Assembly (NCBI RefSeq): GCF_035594765.1
Contig: NC_085847.1
Coordinates: 5,890,001-5,954,000 of the forward strand
Length of the DNA: 64,000 nt
Reading direction: 5' to 3'
Source: Anolis carolinensis
Taxonomy: Eukaryota
Below the pieces are notes generated by a model. The model did not search any database. It was not told where the DNA came from and saw only the letters and a program-made list of their open reading frames with translations. This document shows, piece by piece, positions 12,401 through 25,681 of the stretch; position 1 is the first letter of the stretch, and the number at the start of each line of letters is the position of its first letter. Made by a program: the position numbers and the translations under genes.

Positions 12401-15400
12401 TCTGGAGCATCATGAAGAACTGCATCGGGAAAGAGCTCTCCAAGATCCCCATGCCGGTACGGGAGGTCTCTTGGCTCCCTTTGGGGCTGAGTGGGCTGGG
12501 CGCTTTGGAAGTCTTCCGTTTGGGTCCCATCCTTTCTGGTGTCTCCCCCGCAGGTCAACTTCAATGAGCCGCTCTCCATGCTGCAGCGGTTGACGGAGGA
12601 CTTGGAGTACCACGAGCTGCTGGACAAAGCCGCCAAGTGTGAGAGCTCCGCGGAGCAGATGTGCTTTGTGGCCGCCTTCTCCGTGTCTTCCTACTCCACG
12701 ACAGTCCACCGGACAGCCAAGCCTTTCAACCCACTCCTGGGGGAGACCTATGAGCTGGACCGCCTGGACGAGATGGGCTTCCGCTCCCTCTGTGAGCAGG
12801 TAAGGCGGCTGGGTTGGCACGCGGGATACTGTGGGCAGTGCCAACCATTCCAAGCAGGTCGCCAAGGCCCTTGGGAGTCACGATTTGGCCCATGGCTTGT
12901 GGTGAGCCTGGCCTTCTTCCCTTTGCTCCTCTTCCAGAGGCCAAACCCTTCTTCTTGTCTCTCCCAGGTGAGTCACCATCCTCCGGCTGCTGCCCATCAT
13001 GTCTATTCCAAGCGCGGCTGGACGCTGTGGCAGGAAATCACCATTGCCAGCAAGTTCCGGGGCAAATACCTCTCCATCATGCCACTGGGTAAGTGATGGA
13101 GCCGTTGAGGCCCTTTGGGGGACTGACTGCCAACAACCTTCTGCTACTTGACCGTCGTTTTGGAAAACTAGTGACGTCTCCTTTGTAGTCACTGCAGAAG
13201 ACTGGATCCGGCACAGAGGAGGGTGTCCCGTTCCTCTCCTCGCAGCTCTTTGTCCTGGAAGTGCCGACCCCTGCCATTCTTCCTCTCTTTGGTCCTGCAG
13301 GTGCCATCCACTTGGAGTTCCACTCCAGCGGCAACCATTACGTGTGGCGCAAGGTGACCTCGACGGTTCACAACATCATTGTGGGCAAACTCTGGATTGA
13401 CCAGGTCAGTTGCGGGGAAAGCAAAAGGCCAGTCCCAGGCAAGAGTCCACCTTGAGGGGGTCTTGGCAGCATGGAGACTGAGCGAGACCAAATGAACTTC
13501 TTTGCCCTCTTCTCTTCCTTGGCCCAGTCCGGGGATATCGAAATCATCAACCACAAATCGAAAGACAAATGCCAGCTGAAATTCACTCCTTACAGCTACT
13601 TCTCCAGAGACGTCCCTCGAAAGGTCAGTCTTGTTTGGAAGTTTCTCAAAAACGCAGGTGTCTATAATCTACAGAGAAACGTAAAGAAAGGAAAGTATGG
13701 TATATAGCAGGGGTCCTCAAACTTTTTAAGCCGAGGGCTGGTCCACAATCCTTCAGACTGTGGAGGGGCCGAATTATCATTTGGGAAAAAAAAAATTCCT
13801 ATGCACACTGCACATGTCTTATTTGTAATGCAAAACAACAACAACAATGAAAGTACAATACAATATTTAAAAATGAAATCAATTGTAACCAACATAAACC
13901 TATCAGGATTTCAATGGAAAGTGTGGGCCTGCTACTGGCCAATGAGATAGTCAAGTTAATTAGGATTGTTGTTGTGTGTCTTCAAGTCATTTCAGACTTT
14001 GGGTGAGCCTAAGTCTAAAATTATTTATTTATTCATTTACTACATTTATTTATTACATTTATATCCCGCCCTTCTTACCCTGAAGCGAACTCGGAGCAGC
14101 TGTATGCACATACAATATATTATATTATTAGCATAGCACAATATTAGCATTATATATTGCTATATTGAACTATACCACTATACTGTAATATTATATATAA
14201 TATATATCATATAATTAATATTATTATATGGTATTATTAGTATATTGTATAACATATTATTATAATATTATATGTATATACAATATATTATATTATTTAA
14301 AATGATATAAAATATTATTTATTTATTTACAGTATTTATATTCCCCCCTTCTCACCCCGAAGGGGACTCAGGGCAGATCACATTACACATGTAAGGCAAA
14401 CATTCAATGCCTTGACATAGAACAAAGACAGAAGACAAACGCAGGTTCCGAGCTGGCCTCAAACTCATGACCTCTTGGTCAGAGTGATTGGTCTCAACTG
14501 GCTGCAGCTGGCTGCTCACCAGCTTGCGCCACAGCCCGGGCTGTGGGCGGGGGCCAGGTAAATGACCTTGGAGGGCCGCATCCGGCCCCCGGGCCTTAGT
14601 TTGGGGACCCCTGGTATATAGTATGTAAGTACTGTAGGTGATGTAATATTATCTTCTATATAAACAACTTTTAGTGGCACTTGTTATACACGTAAGAGAT
14701 TCCATAGGGACGGGGCTATGATCTACCACTGTTTCTAGCCAAACCCAGTTTATATTGATGTTAAATACGACACCATAATTCTCTTCGTTTGCAGCTTGTA
14801 TAACAAGTGCCACTAAAAGTTGTTTATATAGAAGATAATATTACATCACCTACAGTACTTTCCTTTTTTTACGTTTCTTTGTTTGGAAGTTTCCCATACC
14901 CCCTTGGTTAGGGGAGTGGGGGGGGGGGGGTCATTACAAGCCATGGCATTGCTTGCAATGAGTTCCCCCTCAAGGTTATTGGCAGGCGCACCGTATGCCT
15001 GTCGTGGGGGAAGCGGGTGTGGGCAAGCCCCCAGGGTGGCATTGGGTAGGCCTTTTGTTCCCGGGTCCGATCAGTGGGGCTGTGTCTCCCCAGGTGACAG
15101 GCGTGGTGAGCGACGTGGAGGGCCAGGCGCTCTACGTCATGTCCGGCACCTGGGACGAGAAGATGGAGTGCTCCAAGATTGTCCACAGCAGCCACGGCAG
15201 CACCAGCTCGGAAGGCAAGCTGTCGAAAACCGTCTACCAGACCCTGTCTCCCAAGGTCCTGTGGAAGAGATACGCCCTTCCGTGAGTCTCCTCAAGCGGG
15301 CGTGGGGACTTAGCAGCCATTGCAGAGATGGAGGGCTAAAGGTCTCTGCTGGGCCGGGAATTTGGGTGGTGACACGGCTGCCGCGTATGGGCTTTGCACC

Positions 15401-16117
15401 CCCCTCCTCATTTTAACATGGGTCCTGACCTCTTGGCAAAGAGGCTGGCGCAAGTCGGGCACTGATGGACAAGCAAGGGCCTGCCCCCCAGCGCTGCCTG
15501 TCCCGCTGTCCCGTCACTCACCTGCTCTTCCTTCCGCAGGGAGAACGCCGAGAACATGTACTACTTCTCCAGCCTGGCCTTGACCCTGAACGAGCCGGAG
15601 GAGGGGACGGCGCCCAGCGACAGCCGCCTGCGTCCCGACCAGCGGCTGATGGAGAACGGCAAGTGGGACGAGGCCAACGTGGAGAAGCAGCGGCTGGAGG
15701 AGAAGCAGCGGGCCGTGCGGAGGAGGCGGGAGGCGGAGGCGGCCGAGGCCCTGGAGGAAGGTGGGTGTCCCGACGCAAGCAGGGGGCTGAAGGGGACCGG
15801 GGAGGAGGGCCAGGACCTTGGAGGGCCACATTTGACCCGTGGGCCTTGGTTTCGGGGCCCCTACGATAGGCAGGTTCCAGGTCCTCTGCCACGACTCTCT
15901 GGCATCCCCACCCAGGACGTCCTTCCTTTTAGTCGGGTTGGCTGTCCTCCAAGGTGTCCTTTCTTGTCTCTCAGGCAAAGACTACGAAGGCTACGTGCCG
16001 CTGTGGTTTGAGCGCAAGGTGGACCCAGCCACGGGAGAGCTGATCTGCCTGTACAAAGGGGGATACTGGGAGGCCAAGGAGCAACAGGACTGGCACTCCT
16101 GCCCCGACATCTTCTGA
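6468..16117 (+). CDS. OSBP2: Oxysterol-binding protein 2 (ORP4), 3' portion; the PH-domain exons are not in the window
   Basis: Exons 6468-6718, 11365-11557, 11660-11780, 12133-12199, 12292-12456, 12554-12799, 12968-13088, 13301-13404, 13528-13623, 15094-15281, 15540-15760, 15975-16117; all GT-AG and frame-consistent. Contains the FFAT motif [41 protein letters not shown], the ORD signature EQVSHHPP and C-terminal CPDIF*. Synteny with MORC2 favours OSBP2 over OSBP. Confidence 0.95.
7700..7824 (+). promoter_or_regulatory. Cluster of inverted CCAAT (ATTGG) boxes, candidate internal OSBP2 promoter
   Basis: ATTGG occurs five times in about 120 bp (near 7703, 7718, 7750, 7759, 7819), just upstream of an ATG and a GTAAGT donor at 7921. 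Confidence 0.4.
7825..7920 (+). CDS. OSBP2: Candidate second alternative first exon of OSBP2 (short isoform)
   Basis: ATG GGC ... CTC CCC|GTAAGT, 96 nt, phase 0, in frame with the exon at 11365 (GCC TGC). Confidence 0.4.
13708..14613. mobile_element. Non-autonomous hAT-superfamily DNA transposon in an OSBP2 intron
   Basis: TIRs CAGGGGTCCTCAAACT / AGTTTGGGGACCCCTG. Perfect 8-bp target-site duplication GTATATAG at 13700-13707 and 14614-14621. AT-rich interior. Confidence 0.9.
14627..14860. repeat. Perfect 64-bp inverted repeat (foldback or MITE-like)
   Basis: 14627-14690 is the exact reverse complement of 14797-14860, with a 106-bp spacer. Confidence 0.9.
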
Positions 16118-18950
16118 GCCTGGCTGGGCCGGGAGAAGGCACCCGCAGAACCCCTCCCCCTCCCCCCTCCGCAGGATGGAGGAGCAGAGCCCTCAGGGCC
16201 GTTGCCACGCTCCTCTCGGAGACACAGCCCAGCTGAAACCAACACAGATTTTTTTTTAGAGACAAAACCATGCAGGGATTCCCAATGTATTTTTATGCAC
16301 TCGTAAAATGGGATTTGATTTTTTAAGGGGCGTTTTTAAACCTACCAATTAGAATGACGAAATCATGGCTCTTATTCTTCCCCCATTTTCTTTTTCACAC
16401 CTGGTTGCATCGAGACTTTTGGCCCCCACGACGCCCAGGTCTTGGTTTTCCAAAGACGGACATCTTTGTGGGGCAATGGTGTGTGTTGGATTGTCCCCCC
16501 GCCTTTTCTCCCCGTTGCATATATATGTTTTTTAAAAGTCTGTAGATCAGAATTTTTTTCCCAAGGTGCCCCCTTTTCTGAATGGCCTCTCAATCCGAGG
16601 CGGGAAGAGAAACCTCCTGGCGATAAACCCGTCGGGACTCCTGACTGTTTAGAGACTGTGCCTTTGGAGGACATTGAGTTTGCCCTTGTGGGAAGGGAAC
16701 AGTCCCCACGAAAGAGCTCTTTCTTTGGACTTGTGTTTGGAACTCACTCCGACGAGACGGTGCCACATTTTTGGAGAATTGCGATGGCCTTTGAAGCCGG
16801 GTTCAGCGTCCAGATTGTGTCCCTTTGGGGAAGGACCTCTGAACTAGTAGCACCTTGGCAAAGGAACCTTGGCATACCTCAACCCCTTCTTTGTCGGGAT
16901 CTCTGCGGAAGAGGAGTCGAGCCAGGCAGAGGACTCTCTGTAGGCACTCCGTCACAAACCGGCTTCCTCCTCTGTCTTGTTGGGCCGGTTCTTTTCCACT
17001 GCCACTGCCCAGATTCAGCCAGGGCATCCAACTTGAGCTCCGGTGGGCACAGCAAGATCCATCTGCGATACGGTGTGGCTGCTGCGGCTGCCCGTGCCCA
17101 ACACGGCCTGGAAACACCCCCTGGTGCCATCTCTGTAGAAAGCACACACCCACTGAGACACACAGATGCACATTGCCTCAGTGTCATCGTCACCCAGGGA
17201 TGGGCAGAGACCGGGCCAACTGGGGAGAAGGCATTCCAGGCGAGATCAGGTGGGCGGAGGCGGATGGGGGGATCCGTGCCAGGCGTTATGCCAAGGAGCT
17301 CTCCATGGGACTGAATGTGTTTAGGAGCAATAGGATTCGGCACCACGGAGAGCTCCTTTGGAGCCCAGGCTGTACCCTGGCATGGATCCATTGCTGCACT
17401 GGCATGGGAGGCACCTGCCTACGCCATTCTTTGCGGGTGGGATGCCGGCCTGAATGCCACGTTGCACACCACTCTCCCAACCCCAGTCCAGTGGTTTTGG
17501 TGCCACCGCCTTGCCAACACGAAGCCGTGGAGGCATTGCTACCTGATTACCAGCTGGTTTGGGTACCTTACTCCTTTGGGAAAGGTGGGCATCCTGGCAT
17601 GGTCTGCTTCAGGCCCTTTGTGCCCTTGGAAACTCTAGAGCTGCCCATCCCGCTTGAGAGCACATGGCGGCCCAACCCACGGCCATTGGCCACCTTGCCC
17701 TGGGCTTGCAAATGAGCAATAAGGAAATTCAGGGTTTTCCCTCATGCCACCACGCTGCCCACCACCAGATCCAATCCGGAGAGATATCACTGAGGAATCA
17801 CCCCCCCCCACCCCGCCAATCCCCTCTAACCTTCCTGGCACCCCTTTCTGTACAATATGTGCTATTTCTATAGTATAGACATACATACATACATATATAT
17901 ATTTATACACACGCAGAGAGAGTCTGTACAAATCTACACTGAACTCCGTGGTCTTTTCACTCCTCCATTATTTATTTGCTTCTTATTTATTTTTATATAT
18001 ATATATGAGATATATACATATATAAGGATATATATATATATATAAAAAATTATTTTTGTTGGGATTTCTATGGTATGTAACAAGGAGGTGAACACAAAAA
18101 GGTAATGAAGACGAGTCTTGCTCTGTCTGAATTTTTTTCCATGAAATAATAGTGTGACTGTAGCAGCATTTCTTCCGTTCTTTTTTTTACTTGAAACATC
18201 TCCTTTTTGGGGCTCTCCTCTGCAGCGGAGGGCGCCTGGAACGGAATCCTGGGGCGAATCATGTCGGTGGAGGGTTTGCATTTGTCTTCAGAGATGCATC
18301 TTTTCTAGCAGCAGTTTGCCAAAGCTCACAAAATCCCGCTGCTGTTTGAAAAGGAGTCGCAGGGGTTGAGTTAATGTCCATTTCTGAGTTTTCCGAAAAA
18401 TAGAGCAATGGAGCCCAAAACAGGCTACTTTTTGCCCCTCTTTTGCCCTTTGAAACCCCTCTGGGTGCAGAGGTGAAATGCAGAACTCATGTGACTCCTG
18501 AAAGATGCCAGGCTCCCCTTTTGCTTTCGTCTTCTCTTTCGAGGCCATATAGCTCAAGATATGGATTGGGAGACTCGACTCGATCGAATGCCTTATTTTC
18601 TGTGCTTTACTTGATGGCGTAGAGCAGTTTTCCCTTCCTTTTCCTTAAGAAATGGGAGGCCCGAGGTGGCAGTGCCCATTTGGGGTTGGCCCTGGGCATG
18701 GAGAGCTCTGGAGACGGGCAGGGAATTGGCCATTGGGTCGGCACCAAAGCAGGGCATCCTCAGAGAAGAGAGAGCATCGGAGAACATCGGAGCCTTCCCG
18801 TGGCGTTTCTTGTATTTGGAGGAGAAGGAAGGGCCAGTGGATGCGGGCAAAGGGTGATGGAGAGTCAGTCGGTTGGCCCATTGTCATTGGGAGGCCACTC
18901 TGTCTTTACCCCCAAAGATGGTATTGGCGGGTGCCACACTTCATGGGCCT

Positions 18951-19005
18951 CCTTCCTTCCTTCCTTCCTTCCTTCCTTCCTTCCTTCCTTCCTTCCTTCC
19001 TTCCT
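18951..19005. repeat. (TTCC)n microsatellite
   Basis: Direct inspection. Confidence 0.95.
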
Positions 19006-19109
19006 TCTCCTTTCCCTTCTGGAGGGTTTTCACATCGTCCAACTTGTCAATGCTGTGGAATGTAACCCCCCCCCCCCTTTGTGAGTGCTCCCTCTCAACT
19101 GGCACCCTT

Positions 19110-19126
19110 AATAAAATGTGAATAAA
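19110..19126 (+). terminator. Tandem AATAAA poly(A) signals, probable OSBP2 3' end
   Basis: AATAAA at 19110 and 19121, downstream of the OSBP2 stop and upstream of the next promoter. Confidence 0.6.
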
Positions 19127-19773
19127 AATGTGGATTTGGGCATTTTCAACCTGCCTTGGGCTCCGATTCGTCACTCGTTGGGGATCCAGTGGGAATCTGT
19201 TGCCATTGAGCATTTCTTGGCATTTCGACACTGAGCTCGGAGACGTTGACTCAGCTGAGACTGCATCTCCCAGCCAATAGGCAGGATGCTGGGAGTTGTG
19301 GTCCAGAAGGGAACCTTCCCAAGAATCTATGCCCTTGGCACACGCTCAGAGGCACACTGGGTCACATCTGACATCCCACAGAGGGTTCCATACGAAAGCT
19401 GGTGACATTCAGGGAGTCGTGGTCCAAGGAGGGACGTGCAACTGCAAGGGAAAGCAAGGACCAGCCCTTTGGCCCATCTCAATCCGGATCCTTTGCAAAA
19501 AAAAGGTCCCTTGCCAGCCAGCGTGGACAGTGTCTGAAAAGATCCCCCTTTGCCATCTTTTTTGAACCCCAAGAGCTCTCCCCCCCTCCCCCACATACAC
19601 ACTTGAAGCCTACGTCATGGGATGAACACAGTCGGTTGCTCTTTCTCAAGTCGTATTCAACGCATGTGATGAAGCGCTCCTCGAGCTGGCTTTCCTTCCT
19701 AGGTCAACGGGACAGCGCTCTGCACTTGCACAGAGGCTCTCCCGCCGGCTCTTTGACATTTCTGCCTCCCTGC

Positions 19774-19885
19774 GTTGCTAGGCGACGTGGGAAAGTGTTC
19801 CGCCAATGAAGCAAGGAAACCAGCCCAGCGTCCCATGGTCGCTAGGCAACCCCGCCTGGGGAACGTTCCACGGTTGCTAGGCAAC
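19774..19885 (+). promoter_or_regulatory. Triple RFX X-box promoter with a CCAAT box
   Basis: GTTGCTAGGCGAC (19774-19786), GTCGCTAGGCAAC (19838-19850), GTTGCTAGGCAAC (19873-19885). CCAAT at 19803. A GTGAGT donor at 19943 suggests a 5' non-coding exon. Confidence 0.75.
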
Positions 19886-20331
19886 CAAGGGAGCTGTGTA
19901 GGGAAAGCGGATGGAGGAGAGAGAATGCAAGGCTGTCCCCAAGTGAGTTTGCAACTCAGATCTTCCGGACTTGGGGCAGGAGAGAGCCCTGGTTCCCAAC
20001 TGCCGTTGGGCCCCACGGCAATGCTATGGGGCCCTGGCAACGGGAGTGCTGGGCTTTGCAGGTTTGCAGCTCCCTAGGGGGCCCTGATGCTGAGCCAAGG
20101 AAGGCCTTGGGAGCCTTTGGAGGCCTTTTCTTGCTGTGCCTTGCCTCCAGCCAAAAGGGAAAGGGGGTGCCTAAGAATACTAAGAATAGCCCTAATCATC
20201 ATGTATCTCCAGAATAAAGGCCATGCTGTATTTTCATATAATATTCTTATATTACAATAAATTTTAACACCGTAAAAGGTCTTCCTTGAAGTTTGGACTG
20301 AAACCCGGAGTGGACCTCCCCAGCGGCCACC

Positions 20332-23300
20332 ATGGAAGCCGCTCCAAGGGGCCCAAGGCACGTTGTACGTTCCTCCTCCGGTGCAAGGCCAAAGCGGTCG
20401 GGATGCTGGGCCAAGGACCATTGCGACTTCCTCTTGGACGCCATCGATGCCCAGCTCTGCCACTTGCAAGTGAGTCCCCAGGAGGCGAGAGAGGCCAGGA
20501 CCGTGGCCCTCCCTTGAACCTCTCCCTCTTGCCCACAGGCTCAAGGATCCCCCGTGGAAATCAACCGCAGCCATGGGGCTGCTCAGGGAACGGTGGTTGT
20601 CTGCCATCCAACTGGTGAGTCATTGGGACAAGGGGCAGTGCCTACTAGTCTCCATTGTGGAGCTGGTTGACCCTAGAATCATAGAATCATAGAGTTGGAA
20701 GAGACCGCATAGGGTGGCTGCGGAGCGTTCTGGCTTTGGCCATCCACTTTGGAGCGATGCTGACACTCCATTTGCTTGCTTCTCTGTTCCGAGCCAGACA
20801 GCGCTGTCTCTGCAGTGGAAGACTCTCCGTCGGAGGAAGGGGCCCAGGAAGAGGCTCATGGCCTCGACTTGGAAGGCGACCAGAGTGGGTTGGACTCCGT
20901 CTGCACCGAAGAACTGGCTGCCGTGTTTCAGGCCGGGATGGTTGATCCGCGGCTGAATTCTGAGAGCGAGGGAGATGAGGATGCCATTCCACGACATCCA
21001 AGCACCAAAGACTGGGGCCAGGCTGCCTGGAGTCCCTTCTCCAAAGAGCCTCCGCCCTGGCATAGAACGGGGAGCCTGTCGTCTCTCAGAGACAAGATTT
21101 CCTCGCTTAGCCAGACGGACACCGACGAGGCCGCCGTGGAGGCTTTGCGGCACCACCCGCCATGGAGAAAGGGCCACCAGCCCTTGGATTCGGGAGAATG
21201 GGGTAGTTTGGCTGCAAACGATGCAGGAAAGGCCTCGTGGTGGAGAAAAAACAGCTCCGAGGCCTTGTCGGAGTGGGTTCGGGCCCAGAGCAAAAATCCG
21301 AGCAGGCCGCTCCTCGTGGGGGATTTGGACCCTCTGGAAATGGATGCTTTACCGACCACGAATGGTGACGTTTCCGCAAGGGTGGCGCAACCCCATTCCC
21401 TCGAAACGGGGCATGCTCATTGTCTAGCTGCCCACTCGGGGTCTCAGAATGGGCCTTGGGCACCTTTGGGGGGTGGGGGCCGAGGGGGATTGCTCCCACC
21501 TGGGCGGTGTTCTCCTTCGGAAAGCGAGAAGCCAGTGTTCTTGAGGAGGAAATGCAACACGGGCAGAACGGACCTTGCTGGGCCACCCTGGACGTCTTTA
21601 GTCTTTGCCGGCAGTGGGCACGATGTGGGCGCCCTCTGCCCAGAAGGATGCAGGGAAGCTCCGGCCCCAGTGAAGGGTGAGTTTGGGCACAAGAACACCT
21701 CTGTGGGCTCTCTGGTGGCTTCTGCTGTGTCAGACCGACTCCTTCCTCTTTCTAGCTGCCAGTGTGGACCTTGGGGGACGTGGGGAGCAACCTGGGCTGA
21801 GCAAGGCACAGAGGCAATGCCCCGATCGCCAGCTTCACCAAACCAGAGGGTGGGCCGTGCAGTTGCCGCTGAGGACAGCCTATGGGATGATGCTGCACAA
21901 AGAGGTAACCAATACTCTTCCTCTGAGTGCCTGCCTTCCTGGTCGGAAGCCCCGGAGGAAGACGACCAGGCTGGCATTGGGTGCCCTGTGTATGCCAGGC
22001 CCCTTTGCTCCACCAGGTGTCCCAATTGGCATCGGAGAAAGAAGCCTTGGAGGACCGCATTCAGCAGCTGGAGGCCCAGCTCTCCTCCCTGAAGCTCCAG
22101 CTGAGGAACTCCAACGTTGAGTTGGCCACCCTGAAGGAGATGGCTGGCAAGACCAAGCAGATCCAGGAGGTGGGCAAGCTGAGCGAGAGCAGGGATGGGT
22201 GGATGGGTGGATGGGTGGCATTGAACGGGCTCCTGAGTGGTGAATCTGGGCTCTGCAGGCCGTCTTGTTGGAAAGGGAGGAGGAGCTGTGGCGACTGCAA
22301 GAGACTGTGGAGGCCTTGGGGGTCGAAAGCGAGGCCCGGAGTCGGGCGGTGGCGAGGCTGGCAGAGGAGAAGGTGGGCCAGCTGGCGGCCCTGCGGCAAG
22401 AGGCCCAGCGGGAGAAGGTAGCCGAGGGACAGTCCGCTTGGGGGAACTCCAACTCACAGAGTCACTGAGATGCAACGGAAGCCCCGTAGGCCAAATGTGT
22501 GGCCCATCTCATTTTACCTTGGGGTTTTTGGGGTTGCCATTGTGCTGATGCAAGGATGGTGCCTCCCTCTCCTTTTCCAATGTTCCCACCTGCAGGAGGA
22601 AGAGCTGCTCCGGCTGCAGGAAGAGCTGCGGCGGGAGAAGCAACAGGCGCTGCAGGAGGTAGGGCTCTTCCCAAGACAAAGCCCCAGGGAGCCCTCTCCG
22701 TCCTTGATCCCGTTGCTCGGCAGTGCCGGATGGTGCAACGCCTCAGTACGGTTCTTCAGGTGTCGTACCCAAACTCCAGCACGCTTTGCCAGCTAGGGCT
22801 GATGGGAGTTGCAGTCCAGCCGCAGCTGTAATGACACCTCCCTGGCCCAGACTCTCCTCGCCCTGACCCTTTCCCCATTGGCCTTTCAGTTGGCAGAGAA
22901 GATGGAGCAGGCCAGCGCCAGGGCCCTTTGGGAGCAAGCGGCCCGTTTCCGATTGGATGCCAAGGACCTCCGCAAGGCCATTGCAGTAAGTTGCCATGAC
23001 AGTTTGGAGAGGTGCTGATAGGATCCTCCACCTTCCCGCCTGAAGTGGAAATCCCAGGATTCCTTGGCACGGTGCTGCAGCATCCCAAGTGGCCTTCCAG
23101 AACAGTCGCCATCCTTTTCCCTCTGTTTGCCCAGGAACGAGAGGCTCGGCTTTTCTGCCAAGAGGATGCCCACCGGCAGAAGGCAAAGGCTTTGAAGCAG
23201 GAGGCCCAGGAAATGGTAGCAACCCCCCCCCCCCCCCCCCGGTGGGCCTCTGGGTGGGCAAAGTGTCCTTCTTATCCACTTGCTTATCCACTATTGCAAC

Positions 23301-23485
23301 CTCATGGTTTTTAATTTGATGTTTTAATTCTGTGTTGTGTTTTTTTCACCTATTGTGTATATTTTATTATTGTTTTTTGTTTTTGTCCTTTGATGTTTTA
23401 TATTTTATCATTGCTTGTATTTTGATTTTGCTGTAAGCCACCCCGAGTCCCCTTCGGGGGAGATGGAGGCGGGATATAAATAAAC

Positions 23486-23536
<51 letters not shown>

Positions 23537-24793
23537 CTCCCTCGGCAGGTGCAGAAGGCCCTCCTTAGGGAGCGGGAGAGGTGGGAGGCCGATGCCAGGG
23601 CCGCTCTCTGGGCTTTGCGGGAGCAGAATCAGAAGGCGCTGCTCCGTCTCCGGGAGGCCTTGGAGGAAGAGCGGAGGGCCACGCGGGCTCTGTGGGAAAG
23701 GGCGGGCGGCCTCTGTGCCCTCAGCGCCCCAGGCAGTGACCGGGCAGACCCTCTCGTGCCAAGGCCACCGTGGCCCCTCGAGGGGCACCCGACTTGGAAG
23801 GCGCAGATGGCCCTGGAGTTCAAGGAGGAGCTCAAGGCCGAGATGGAGAGGTGAGTGGCTTGAAATGGGGGGAGCAGGGCATTGTCCTTCCCAGCATCCC
23901 CAGGAAATGTCCCCACTCAACGGCTGGGCTTCCTTTGCAGGCGCCGGTCCAAGGACAAACCCATGGCGTCTCGCAAGGAGAGGGAGAGGCCCCCGGTCTC
24001 AGCGGTAAGCAGGGCCGAGGAAGGTGAAATACAGGGTGGATGACCATGTTCAAAGGGCTGGTTGGAGCTATGGAAACGCCACGGAAGGAAGTGGCCCCAA
24101 ATCCCTTTGGTGACCAATGTGACCTAGAATGGAGGGATGATCTCTTTCGAGGACCGTAATGGAGAACTGGTCCTGGCAAGCACGATAGATGGGGCGGTGG
24201 AGAGGATGCTTGCACAGATGATGACCGACCGGGGTCCCTCCCCTTTGCCACAGGGGAATGCCTTCCACTCCCCGTGGCTCAGTGACGCGTTGTCAAGCCC
24301 GTGGCCCTTTGCTGCCTCCGATCTGCTGGGCCGCTTGCAGAGCTGCATCCGAGAGCGGCGGGCGGTGAAGGCGGCTTACTGTTGTGCCAACCGGGAGACA
24401 CTCGGCGGCTTCCATGACGATCGAGACAAGAGCCGTGCCAGCCAGGTGGGCATGCCTTCCCATTCCCAAATGGGCTGTGGTTCTTGTACCCGGCACTGGC
24501 TGCAATGGGATGGGATTCATTGCTGGCAAATGGATGCAACCGTCCCACTATCCCTTCCCAGTCAATGGGAGAACTACATCTCTCAAGGCCCCATTCTACC
24601 CAGATCATTGCTGGTTGGCATCCAACCGCCCATGGCTGGCTACGGGTTGGATGAAGCCAGTGGAGGGGAAGCCCCAAGGGTTCAGGATCCAAGGGCTCTT
24701 TGGACGATTTGGAACACCGGATATCGTGAAGATTGGTGATTGGTTCTGTGTCTTGCCTTTCAGGGACCCTCGGCTGGGGACCCTTCCTCGTAG
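20332..24793 (+). CDS. Uncharacterised coiled-coil protein, about 793 aa, 13 coding exons
   Basis: Perfect Kozak GCCACCATGG. Exons 20332-20469, 20539-20614, 20798-21676, 21756-21904, 22017-22169, 22259-22417, 22596-22658, 22890-22985, 23135-23215, 23549-23850, 23941-24004, 24254-24445, 24764-24793; all GT-AG, 2382 nt with an unbroken frame. E/R/Q/L-rich heptad segments such as KEALEDRIQQLEAQLSSLKLQL. AATAAA at 25042. The last exons are less certain. Confidence 0.8.
23435..23534 (+). mobile_element. 3' tail of a LINE/SINE retroposon ending in (ATT)n
   Basis: GAGTCCCTTCGGGGAGATGGAGGCGGGATATAAATAAA followed by (ATT)n. Related tails occur near 14060, 14345 and 49445. Confidence 0.55.
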
Positions 24794-25678
24794 GGATCCA
24801 ATGGAGGAGGGGTGGGAAGCAGGCGCCCCGACTATGCGTGCCAGCGCTCCACGCCCGCCAGATCTGACACCGTGGTGCCACTTTAGCCGTGAATTTGGCC
24901 CCGCGGCACTTCTGGACCCATTGCCCTTCCACGTTGCCTTTGTATCCTTGCTGCCACTTTTCGCTCTTGCGTTTCATGTTCATCTTATTTTTTTAAAACA
25001 AGTGCTTTGGAAGTGGAGTCTTTTTCTCTGTCACTTTCTGAAATAAATGACGTAAGAAAAGCTGGGCTTCCGTTGTGCTGCTTCTCCATCACAAGCCATA
25101 GATGTGGGTGCTGGTGAGCAGTTGCCAACTGACCGGCAGCAGCCAGGAAGGGGTTAACAGAAGAGGACGGGGGGGGGGGGGGCTCAAAGACCTGTCAATC
25201 ACTCAACTTCCCTGGGCCTGGAAAGACCAACCCGCACTGCCCGGGCTCAATGCTCAGTGTCATCGGCACCCTTGGGCAGAGAAGGCGCAGGGCCTTGCCC
25301 AATGACAACTCAGCATCCCGGAGCCATGCCAAACTGCGTGCAAATACAGGCCAGGAGGGGGCGATAGGGGCATCCCTCGCTGCCAGGATTCGAATCCAGA
25401 GCCGAGAGGGTTAAGCTTTCCTGTGCCGCCCCCTTCTCTCCCCCTTTTCCCCGAGATTTAGGAGCCATTGCTTCCAGCTGGATTGGGATCGGGATCAATG
25501 GGAGGTAAGAAGGGCTTCTTTGGGGGAGAGGTTGCCATGTGCCCACCCAGGCAAGGCTCCTGTGCCTTTAAGGTGGGCTGCTTCCAGGGGTCAAGAGGGG
25601 CTCCGTGGTCTTTCAAGGCACAGGCGCCTGGCACAGGGACACCCGTGGACTTGGGGGCTTGGCAGGGCCTCTGCCTGT

Positions 25679-25681
25679 CTA

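Noticed and set aside
16442-17715. 290-aa and 286-aa ORFs after the OSBP2 stop
   Set aside because: Lie in the probable 3' UTR, start at non-ATG codons and show no protein-like motifs.
20776-22092. 438-aa single ORF treated as a gene
   Set aside because: Only 20798-21676 is exonic; the rest reads through an intron in another frame of the spliced coiled-coil gene.
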